This document shows positions 24,408 to 34,200 of a DNA stretch of 64,000 nt, in pieces. Each line of letters opens with the position of its first letter. Position 1 is the stretch's first letter. The stretch spans positions 4,960,001 through 5,024,000 of the forward strand of contig OZ218951.1 of assembly GCA_965112735.1 (NCBI GenBank). Reading direction: 5' to 3'. A model generated the notes under the pieces. The model was not told the origin of the DNA. It worked only from the letters and a program-made list of their open reading frames with translations, and did not search any database. This stretch comes from Phaeosaccion multiseriatum (Eukaryota; Protista; Ochrophyta, other classes). Both the position numbers and the translations under genes were made by a program.

Positions 24408-27400
24408 TCACTCCTGCGGTTCATTCTCCTCCTGCTTCTGCTGCTGCGCCTGCTCCTCCTGCTGTTGCTGCCGTCCACTGCCATCGTCGGTCTTGTCACC
24501 GCCGCCTTTGCCTCGCCCACAGGACGCGAGGAGAGAGCCCAGCGCCTGTTCACGTACAGTTTAGTTTCAGTTTCAGGTGTCAGTCAGCGTAAGGACCTCG
24601 CGATCAATGAATCCGTGTCGAACATATCGACTTGTGCGCTACTCCAGGGCTCACTCACTCACTCACTCACTCACTCACTCACTCACTCAACTCACTCAAC
24701 TCACTCACTCTCTCTCTCACTCACTCACTCACTCACTCACTCACTCACTCACTCACTCACTCACTCACCCACTCACTCACTCACTCACTCACTCACTCAC
24801 TCACTCACTCACTCACTCACTCGGCCTCACCTGTTCGTATGCGCTGGGCCAATGGTCAACTGCCGCTGTGTCCACAAGCAATATCTTGTCAAAGTCTGCA
24901 GCAGAAGCTCGCTCCATTGAGAACTCAGCGCTACGGCCATGATCCGGCGCTGCCCCTGCCTGAGCCCCTGCCTCTAGCGACTCGTCGCCATCTGTAACAC
25001 ACTGTCCTTCGCTCCTCGAACCACCAACTCCCCCACCCGTGCTGCTGATGCTACTGCTACTGCTACTGCTCGTGCTGCTGAAACTACTCTCGCTGTTACT
25101 GCTGCTGCTACTGCTGCTGCTGATACTGTCGCTGGTGCTGCTGCTGTTGCTGATGTTGCCAGTCCCTATCGGATGGCGCAAGATGTGATATATAGTGCCC
25201 GGAATCTGAAGGTTGGGGTAATCCACATGAGCAACCCCGCCCCCCCCCTCCTCTTCTTCGCCGTCGTTCCCCTGCTGGCCAGCCTCCCCGCCCTTCTTGT
25301 TTGCTTTCCTTCCTGCACGCATTCCTCCCTTGCGTCCATGCTGAGCGTTGTTTCCGCCGCCCCCCTCCTGGTTGACCCTCTTCCTCCGCCAGTCGTCCAT
25401 ATCCAGCAGCACACGTTGATTGACAAAGGCAGCAACGACGCCCTCTCTCTTCTGCTCCTGATGCTGCTGCTCTTGCTCGTTCTCCTCCTCCTCCTCCGAC
25501 GACGACGAATTTGAGTTTGAGTTTGAGGTTGAGGTTGGAGCCGACGATGGCGATGGTGATGCAGCTGTTGGTGGTGAACAAGGCGCCTGTGGGAAAAGCG
25601 AGGAGCTCTCGCCACGACCACGACCACCACCACCACCCCCACCGCCACGACCGCTTTCCCCTTCATGACTATGACCTCCACTCTTATTATTGGACAAGTG
25701 CGTGTTGTGGAGCCTCGTAGAGTAGCGCACGGAAGAAATCTGCACGGAAGCCATGCCCAGTCCGTCGTCTTGTGCCCGTACGTTAGGGGTAAGCTCTCCC
25801 AACAGGTACTTGACCCTCTGCCGGTGACCTGCCGGAAGATCATCCACCTCCTTGAGTACGCACATGAGCTCGTAGGCGTGGGCGAGAGAGAGCCGAGGCA
25901 CCACGTCGTGTCGGAAAACGATGCTGAATATGCCCTCGGCGGAGGTAGGAGGGGTCTGAGGTGTGTGTGTGGGGGGGGTGGTTCGGAGCGGTAGGAATGT
26001 AAGACTACCAACACCACAAGGTTGCTACATCTCGGACGGGCCCGTTCTCGCACATTGCAGCTACGATGGCCCCCTTCTCCCAGATGCTGTCTACTCGTCC
26101 TCTCTCTCTCTTCTCTTCCTCTCGCTCTTCCTCCCTCCCTCTCTCTCCCTATGCTCTCTCCCTCTCTCTTAACTCCCTCTCCCTCTCTCCCCCCACCCTC
26201 TCTCGCCCTCAGTCTCTTCCCTCCCCCTCTCTTCCAATATATCTTCTTGCTGTATCAACCCCCCCCTCCTTCCCAGGATGGACGGAAATCCTCTGGTCTC
26301 CCTCAAAATCCAGGCACGCACCCACACACGCACCCACACACGCACCCACACACGCATCCACACACGCACCCACACACGCACCCACACACGCACCCACACA
26401 CGCACCTGCGCCAGTGTCATGGTGGGAGGTGGTGCGAATGCGTAGCACTCCACGGGACATCTGCAGAGGATAGGAGAGATAAGGAAGGGGAGGGGAGGGG
26501 AGGGGAGGGGAGAGGAGAGGAGAAGGAGGGAGGGGAGGGGAGAGGAGAGGAAAGGAGAGGAAAGGAGAGGAAAGGAGAGGAGAGGAAAGGAGCGGAGGGG
26601 AGGGGAGAGAGAAGAGGGGAGGAGAGGAAAGGAGAGGGGAGAGGAGAGCAGAGGAGAGCAGAGCAGATGAGATGAAAGGAAAGGAGAGGAGAGGGTGGGG
26701 CGAGGGGAGGAGGGCGGGGTGGAGGTGAACGTGCGTGCGTGCGCGACTGTCCATATACCTGAAGCCCTGTGCCTCTCCCTCTGCCTTGAGGAAGAGCGCC
26801 AACAGAGTGGCCACCCCCCCTCCCATGCTGTGGCCGGTGAGCACGAGGCGGTACCCACGGTGCTGCTCCAGAGCCAAGAGGAGCTCATCCTAACGAAGCG
26901 AGTGTTATGTGGGTGTGGGTGGGTGTGTGTGGGTGTGTGTGGGTGTGTGTGTTGAAGGGTGGGGAGGGTGTAATGAATACGGACCGCACAAGTAGGGAGG
27001 GGAAGGGAAGGGAAGGGAAGGGTACATTGAGATGTGATACGCTATAGACAGCCCACCCTTAAACCCTATACTCTATACCCCATACCCTACATACCCTACA
27101 CCCTATACCCTATACCCTAAACCCTATGACCCATACCCTATACCCAATACCACACCATATCATCCCCCTCGGGTGCCCTTCTTTTGGAAAGCAGAATAGA
27201 AGGAAGAGTATAGCAGAGCCAACCCACTGTCCTTGTCAAAACTCACTACAACTTGTACCTTGATTGAGCCTACGTTGCACCTCTTTGTAATGATTGAGCC
27301 CCCCCCAAGTTGTACCCCATGTGGCCCCCTTCCAGTTTTACCTTGGGCCCCTTCTATTCTCACCTTGCAGTCCTCGAGGAGCAGCCGAGCCCCTTCCGCC

Positions 27401-29018
27401 ATCCCCCGGTGGGCAAGCTCGCCGAGGAAGTCTGTGTTGTCGCATACCAAATCGGTAATGGCGTCTTTGAGGCACCGCGTTCCTCGCACTGCCAGAATGA
27501 TACTGAGCAGCAGTTGGTGATACAACAGCAGCAGCAGCAGCAGGAGAAGGAGGAGGGGGAGCAGGAGCAGGAGCCGGAGGAGGAGGAGGGGGACGAGGAG
27601 TAGCAGGAGGAGAAGGAGAAGGAGGAGGAGGAGGAGGAGGAGGAGGAGGAGGAGGAGGAGGAGGAGGAGGAGGAGGAGGAGGAGGAGGAGGAGGAGGAGG
27701 AGGAGGAGGGGGGGGGGGGAGAAAGGGCCGGGTGGGCGGAAGAGTGTGCTTGGTTTCCCTCTGTTCGTTGCTCCCTTCCTTCCTTCCTTCCTTCCTTCCT
27801 TGTTTGTTCCTCCTTCGCCTCACAATGCGTTCCGTACCTTTGGCTGCTGTGGTCTATCGCGATGAAGTAGCCCGGACGAAGGTAGTCGGCATCGAGCTTG
27901 ACCTTCAGAAGAGCCTCTTTCTCAACGCCCGTATGCTTTAAAATGCACCACTCGTTCAAGTTCTTCCTGTGTGTTTGTTGTTCAGTCCAATCCTCGGTGT
28001 CAGTCATTCACTCCGTCAGTCACTAACTTAGTCGATAGTTGGTGTCAGTTTTGTCAGTCAGTCACCTGCGCAGCTCCTTGGACCGCTTGATTTCATCGAG
28101 GGGGGGCCACTCCGAGATGGGGATAATGTTAAGTCCCTTAAGCATCACCAGCCCGTAGGATGAAGAGGCGAAGCGCACGAACCGAGCGGCCATCTCCACA
28201 GCATCATCACTGGCGACAAGGCGTTGCTCCTTCCCTTGCTGCTGCTGTTTGTGACCCGGGTTGGGGGTGGGGAGGACGTGGCGTAAGCTTGCTAGAAGGC
28301 GGCCCGGCCGACTCCGTCGACGGCCCGTGGTTGTGGTGCTCGGCTCCTTGTCCCGCCCAGCTGCAGCAGCGGAGCTGGCGGCGATGGCGATTGCCTGGAC
28401 CAAGAGAAAGAGAGGGCGCAGCGGATGATTAGAGAGAAAAAAAAAAATAGGGAGAGAGAGAGAGAGGTTTAGTGAAGGGTCCTCTGCTGCTATTTGTCTG
28501 GCACATTCCGTACCTCCCTCTCGTGAATAGTGCTGAGGATGAGGAGGTTGACGAGGAGAGGATATTTGTTTTGATTGGGAATATCCTTAGCCAGTGCCTC
28601 AGACATCTCCACGATTGCCGACAAGGAGTCGTCGAGACGCGGACTGATCAGCTTCCCTGTAGGGTGGATAGGTTCGTCGTCGGGCAGGAGGAGAGACGAG
28701 AGAGAAAATGAGGGGGGGCTGGGTGGGGGGAGAGGGGCTTGATGAAAAGAGTCGGGACGCGCATCCCCAGAGAGAGGGAGGTATCTCAGATGACTTACGC
28801 TTCAGCGCTTGGGTCATTCGATGCCCTCTGATGGCCCTCCACATCTTCTTCACTAGCCCTGAACCTGCTGCTCTTGCCGGTGGTGATGCTGATGGTGATG
28901 GTCGTGCCACCTTCGGTGCCGAACAAGTCGAAGCTCCCGCACTCCCTCCCCTGTTTTTGGTGTTTGTTATCACAACCAGCGATGCGAGCCCGATAAAAGC
29001 GGCAGACTCCAACCTCAT
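24408..29018 (-). CDS. Class 3 lipase (diacylglycerol-lipase-like), 9 exons (29018-28799, 28656-28515, 28394-28066, 27966-27838, 27502-27364, 26889-26758, 26460-26406, 25955-24831, 24545-24408)
   Basis: PGYFIAIDH, IILAVRGT..DAITDL, AHRGM, LVLTGHSMGGGVA (nucleophile elbow), CYAFAPP, VFRHDVVPRL, LQIPGTIYH, AVDHWPSAY. Exon phases join. Confidence 0.9.
24650..24821. repeat. (TCAC)n tetranucleotide array, about 43 units, at the 5' end of the last lipase intron
   Basis: Directly visible; reads (GTGA)n on the transcript. Confidence 0.97.
27055..27152. repeat. Degenerate telomere-like 7-mer array (CCCTATA/CCCTAAA/CCCTACA) in a lipase intron
   Basis: About 13 degenerate units, including an exact CCCTAAA. 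Confidence 0.6.
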
Positions 29019-29277
29019 GCTCTTCCTCCCTCCTCCTTCGCCCCTCCTCAAGCCAATCCGTGCTGGAAGCGCTCCGGAGGAGGGGGTTATTTACAAGAGC
29101 CAGGGTTGAAAAAAGCATCGAAAAAAATCCGGCCATTATTGACTTATTATACCCCCCCTTGATTATCCGTCCCCCCTTTCATCCATTTAGGTAAGGGTTT
29201 TGAGTGTGGTTTCGTGTCGAGAGCAGAATGCCCTTTCCCCAGGAGTTTTAATAGGCCACAGCCTTTTCCCCGGTACC

Positions 29278-30746
29278 ATGCAGAGGACCTTCAGTAGCGA
29301 GGTGGGTTCATACGCGAAGAGTTTTTACTTTCCTTTCCTTTCTTACTCCATCTCCTCTTCCTATTGCAGGCTGCTCGCGTGTATGAAGCCATCGCCAATG
29401 GCGAGAGCGCCAAAAGGGTGCAAGCGGCTGTGAGAGCCCTCGTCGCGAAGAACGGCGGGAGGAAGGCATGCTTGGACGAGCCCATCAAGGAGGACGGATG
29501 GTTTGCCCTGCAATTAGCTGTGGAAGAGAGGAGGGGTGATATCATTGCTCTTCTGCTGCAAGAGGGGGCGTCGCCGAAAAGTGTGAACCCATCAAATGGC
29601 ATCACTGCTTTGCATGCTGCCTGTGTTACAGAAGATGCTACTCTTGTGCAACAGCTCCTCTCTGCTGGTGCTGACGTCAATGCAGTAGCGAGCAGCGGAC
29701 TTACGGCTCTCATGGTGGCCTCCTTTGCTGGGGCCGTTGTAGTAGTGCATAAGCTGCTCTCTGCGGGCGCCGCCGTGGACGTCGCCGACAGTACTGGCAA
29801 TACGGCGTTGCTCTACGCCTCCGAGAGTGACGATCATGCAGTGGTGCAGCAGCTGCTAGCGGCGGGTGCAGAGGTGGACTGGGTAGGTGAGAAAGGACGT
29901 GAAAGAGTGGTCCGGCAGCTGCTCTCCGGCGGCGCCGAGGTCGACAAGGTAAATGTCGACGGCTCTACACCCTTGTTGCTTGCCTCCGTGAACGGGCGTC
30001 ATGCGGTGGTGCAGCAGCTACTATCGGCCAACGCGAATATCGACGGCGTGAATCTGGAGTCCCCGCTTTGCGCGGCAAGCCAGCAAGGACATGGCATTGT
30101 CGTGGATCAGCTCATTACGGCCGGCGCTGACCTCGAAAGCCGTCATGGTGAGGATGGGTGGACAGCGTTGATGGAAGCGTCTTTGGGAGGGCACAGAAGC
30201 ATTGTGCGGAAGCTGCTCAGGGCTGGTGCAGAGGTGAATGTATTGAGTGGCGACGGGGGTGGAGCGATACACATGGCGTCTCAGAGTGGCCATGCTCGCG
30301 TCGTGGAGGAGCTCATCTCAGGAGGTGCTGACGTGGAGATGCTCGATGTTAGAGGCTACACAGCTTTGATATATGCTACTGCGAATGGCCATCAGGCAGT
30401 GATCCGTGTTTTGCTCTCTACGGGGGCTGATCCTGACAATGAGGGCGACGATGTCCACAGTAAATCGCCCTTGTTTATTGCGGCAGAGCAGGGCCACAGT
30501 GGGGTGGCGCTGGAGCTGCTCTCAGGAGGGGCCTCACTGACAAAGGCTTTGACAGCAGCACGAAAGGCTGAGGATGCAGTTGTTGAATTCCTCCTGACTA
30601 CGGACAGGCAGCACTTTGCGTCACAAAGCGCGTTGGACCTGATGCGGGGCACTGACCGTCTCTTTGGCAAGGAAGGGAGGCTGAAGGTGTCGCAGAGAGA
30701 GGCTAGCCCTGAGGTGCTGCAGGAGGTGGCGGAGGAGATGGCATGA
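29278..30746 (+). CDS. Ankyrin-repeat protein, paralog 2 (10 full repeats plus a half repeat, about 466 aa); exons 29278-29301, 29370-30746
   Basis: Ankyrin consensus; first exon MQRTFSSE; same C-terminal tail as paralogs 1 and 3. Confidence 0.9.
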
Positions 30747-31070
30747 TGAAAGGGGCACCTCTCGCCTGCGGTGTGGTCAGGGCGTTGGGAAGGTGGGGTA
30801 GCGAGGGTCTGAGTCGATAATAATGACGGATGAAGATGAGGTGATACCCCACTGTAACTACAGCGATGCTGGGGGCTTGACCGGCATTGTACTGTTGTGT
30901 GAGGGCGAGGAGGAGAAGGGCAAGCACAAAATACTCTTCTTCATTTATTCATTTACGTCTCGCTCATGGTATGGTTGAAGCCTCACACGCACGTTTCCTG
31001 TGGTTCGCAGCTGGCCTAGCTTTGCTCTTTCTGCGTTGATGCGGGTGCTTCTGCTTGCTCATCACTCTGC

Positions 31071-31237
31071 TTCTCTTGCCGGTGGTGATGGTGATGGTGA
31101 TGGCTGGTCCTACCACCTTCGGTGCCGACCGAACAAGTCGAAGCTGCCGCACTCCCTCCTCTATTTTTGGTGTTTACTAGCTCTCACAGCCAGCGATGCG
31201 ATGCGGGCCCGATAAAAGCGGCAGACTCCAACCTCAT
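31071..31237 (-). pseudogene. Truncated, frameshifted duplicate of lipase exon 1
   Basis: MRLESAAFIG identical to the lipase start, then a 5-bp duplication (CGCAT) gives PASHRWL-stop. Homology ends at the duplication junction. Confidence 0.85.
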
Positions 31238-31555
31238 GCTCTTCCTCCCTCCTCCTTCGCCCCTCCTCAAGCCAATCCGTGCTGGAAGAGCTCCGGAGGA
31301 GGTTATTTACAAAGCCAGGGTGAAAAAAATACTTACAGACAAAAATCCGGCCATTATTTATTGACTTAACCTGTACCATTGACATAAACATTACTCTTAG
31401 TGTTTTCAATATTTCTCCCAACCCCCCTTTTCTCCCTCGCCCTTCGTTTCTCGGCAGTGCTGCGAACCGGACGACAGCTCTTCTTGTAGAGGGCATCCTT
31501 GCGCAGATTCTGACCCACCACACACTCAACAGGCCACAGCCTTTTCCCCGGTACC

Positions 31556-33646
31556 ATGCAGAGGACCTTCAGTAGCGAGGTGGGTTCATACACGGAGAGT
31601 CCTTCGCCTGTCCTGTCCTCGAACTCTCCCTCCCTCACCCCACTCCCTCCCTCCCTCCCTCCCTCCCTCCCTCCCTCCCTCCCTCTCCTCTTCCTACTCC
31701 ATCTCCTTTTCCTATTGCAGGCTACTCGCGTGTACGAAGCCATCGCCAGTGGTCAGAGCATCCAAAGGGTACAAGCGGCTGTGAGGGCCCTTGTCGCGAA
31801 GAACGGCGGGAAAACGGCATGCTTGGACGAGCCCCTCGATGAGAGAGGGTTTCCTCCCCTGCACGTAGCGGTGGAAGAGAGGAGGGGTGATATCATTGCT
31901 CTTCTGCTGCAAGAGGGGGCGTCACCGAAAAGTGTGAACCCATCAAATGGCGTCACTGCTTTGCATGCTGCCTGTGTTACAGAAGATGCTTCTGTAATGC
32001 AACAGCTCCTCTCTGCTGGTGCTGACGTCAATGCAGTAGCGAGCGATGGACTTACGGCTCTCATGGGGGCCTCCTCTGTAGGGGCCGTTGTGCTGATGCA
32101 CAAGCTGCTCTCTGCGGGCGCCGGCGTGGACTTCGCCGACAGTAATGGCGATACGGCGTTGATCTACGCCTCCGAGGAAGGGCATTATGCAGTGGTGCAG
32201 CAGCTGCTAGCGGCGGGTGCAGAGGTGGACTGGGAAAATATGAAGGGGCGCACAGCCCTCCATAGAGCCTCAGATGGAGGATATGAAAGAGTGGTCCGGC
32301 AGCTGCTGTCAGCCGGCGCGGAGGTCGATAAGACAGATTCCGGAGGCGTTACGCCCTTGGCATTGGCCTCCCACGAAGGGCATCATGCGGTGGTGCATGA
32401 GCTACTATCGGCAGGTGCAGAGGTGGACTGGGTGATTGTGAAAGGGAATATGGCGCTCCATCAAGCCTCACGTGGAGGACGTGAAAGGGTGGACCAGCAG
32501 CTGCTCTCAGGCGGCGCGGAGATCGACGACGACGAGGAAAATCTCGAAGGCTCTACACCCTTGTTGTTGGCCTCCTTCAACGGGCATCACGCCGTGGTGC
32601 AGCAACTGCTCTCAGCCGGCGCGGAGGTCGACAAGGCACATTCGATGGGCGGTACGGCGCTCCATCATGCCTCACTTGGAGGACATGAAACGGTAGTACA
32701 AGAGCTTCTTTCAGCCGGCGCAGAGGTCGACAAGCCAGATTTGGAAGGCCTTACGGCCTTGTTATTGGCCTCCCAGGAGGGGAGTCATACCGTGGTGCAT
32801 GAGCTACTATCGGCCAACGCGAATCCCGACCACGTGGATGAAAGAAATATTGACGGCACCACCGCCCTGTTTATGGCCGCAGGACACGGACATCACAGGG
32901 TCACGCAGCTGCTGTTGACCTTTGGCGCAGATGCGAATTTGGGAGTCCGCGACGGATGGACCCCGCTTTGCGCGGCAAGCCAGGAAGGACATGGCATTGT
33001 GGTGGATCAGCTCATCACAGCCGGCGCTGACCTCGACAGCCGTAGCGATGAGTGGGGGAGAACTGCGTTGACGGAAGCGTCTGTGAAAGGGTACAGAAGC
33101 ATTGTGCGAAAGCTGGTGAGGGCTGGGGCAGAGGTGAATGGGTTGACTAGGGACGGGTATGGAGCGATACACTTGGCGTCTTCAAATGACCATGCTCGTG
33201 TCGTGGAGGAGCTCATCTCAGGGGGGGCTGACGTGGAGATGCTGACTACTCAGGGGTACACAGCTGTGCTGCATGCTGCTGCGAATGGCCATGGGGCAGT
33301 GGTCCGTGTGCTGCTGTCTGCGGGGGCTGATCCTGACAATGAGGGCGACAGAATCCACAGTAAAACGGCCTTGTTTCTTGCTGCCGTGGAGGGCAACAGC
33401 GGGGTGGCGCTGGAGCTGCTCTCAGGAGGGGCCTCACTGACAAAGGCTCTGACTCAGGCACGAAGGTATGGCGATGCAGTTGTTGAATTCCTCCTGACTA
33501 CGGACAGACATCACTTTGCGTCACAAAGCGCGTTGGACCTGATGCGGGGCACTGACCGTCCCTTTGGCAAGGAAGGGAGGCTGAAGGTGTCGCAGAGAGA
33601 GCTTAGCCCTGAGGTGCTGCAGGAGGTGGCGGAGGAGATGGCATGA
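31556..33646 (+). CDS. Ankyrin-repeat protein, paralog 3 (16 repeats, about 649 aa); exons 31556-31579, 31721-33646
   Basis: Ankyrin consensus; first exon MQRTFSSE; conserved tail. Confidence 0.93.
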   Translation: MQRTFSSEVGSYTESPSPVLSSNSPSLTPLPPSLPPSLPPSLPLLFLLHLLFLLQATRVYEAIASGQSIQRVQAAVRALVAKNGGKTACLDEPLDERGFPPLHVAVEERRGDIIALLLQEGASPKSVNPSNGVTALHAACVTEDASVMQQLLSAGADVNAVASDGLTALMGASSVGAVVLMHKLLSAGAGVDFADSNGDTALIYASEEGHYAVVQQLLAAGAEVDWENMKGRTALHRASDGGYERVVRQLLSAGAEVDKTDSGGVTPLALASHEGHHAVVHELLSAGAEVDWVIVKGNMALHQASRGGRERVDQQLLSGGAEIDDDEENLEGSTPLLLASFNGHHAVVQQLLSAGAEVDKAHSMGGTALHHASLGGHETVVQELLSAGAEVDKPDLEGLTALLLASQEGSHTVVHELLSANANPDHVDERNIDGTTALFMAAGHGHHRVTQLLLTFGADANLGVRDGWTPLCAASQEGHGIVVDQLITAGADLDSRSDEWGRTALTEASVKGYRSIVRKLVRAGAEVNGLTRDGYGAIHLASSNDHARVVEELISGGADVEMLTTQGYTAVLHAAANGHGAVVRVLLSAGADPDNEGDRIHSKTALFLAAVEGNSGVALELLSGGASLTKALTQARRYGDAVVEFLLTTDRHHFASQSALDLMRGTDRPFGKEGRLKVSQRELSPEVLQEVAEEMA

Positions 33647-34200
33647 TGAAAGCGGTTGTGGGGGTGTGGTCAGGGCGTTGGGAAGGTGGGGTAGCGAGGG
33701 TCTGAGTCGATAATAATGACGGATGAAGATGAGGTGATACCCCACTGTAACTACAGCGATGCTGGGGGCTTGACCGGCATTGTACTGTTGTGTGAGGGCG
33801 AGGAGGAGAAGGGCAAGCACAAAATACTCTTCTTCATTTATTCATTTACGTTTCGCTCATGGTATGGTTGAAGACTCACACGCACGTTTCCTGTGGTTCG
33901 CAGCTGGCCTAGCTTTGCTCTTTCTGCGTTGATGCGGGTGCTTCTGCTTGCTCATCACTCTGCTGCGAATCACGGTCCTCCCACTGCTTGGGCGGCGAAG
34001 GCAAGAAGCCCCCCCCAAGGAACAACTTTAACATCAGCCAACTTTAACTTAACTTACACAAGGGTACATACAATACACGTGCACACGTTCAACTTAGTGT
34101 ACTTGCTCAGGCGCACTACAACACTTGGAACTGCGCACAACAACAAAAGACTTGGCAGGGGGAAAGAGGAGTGAGTAGCGAATCGAGTCTCACCATGGTC

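Larger units (their letters stand above)
28865..33966. other. Tandem segmental duplication (unit A about 28865-31070, unit B about 31067-33966) covering ankyrin paralogs 2/3 and the lipase 5' end
   Basis: 28871-29146 aligns to 31073-31366; 30771-31070 matches 33664-33963 almost exactly; CTGCTGC at both outer ends. Confidence 0.9.

Noticed and set aside
28795-29136. ORF MAGFFSMLF.. as lipase exon 1
   Set aside because: Splicing it to the next exon hits a stop; the frame starting MRLESAAF at 29018 continues correctly.
2309-33646. Diversity-generating retroelement as the cause of ankyrin variability
   Set aside because: No reverse transcriptase or template repeat in the window, and substitutions are not adenine-specific.
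30703-33820. Duplicated antisense ORF MLALLLLALTQQ.. and other antisense ORFs over the ankyrin genes
   Set aside because: Non-ATG starts, no recognisable domain; conservation is explained by the segmental duplication.
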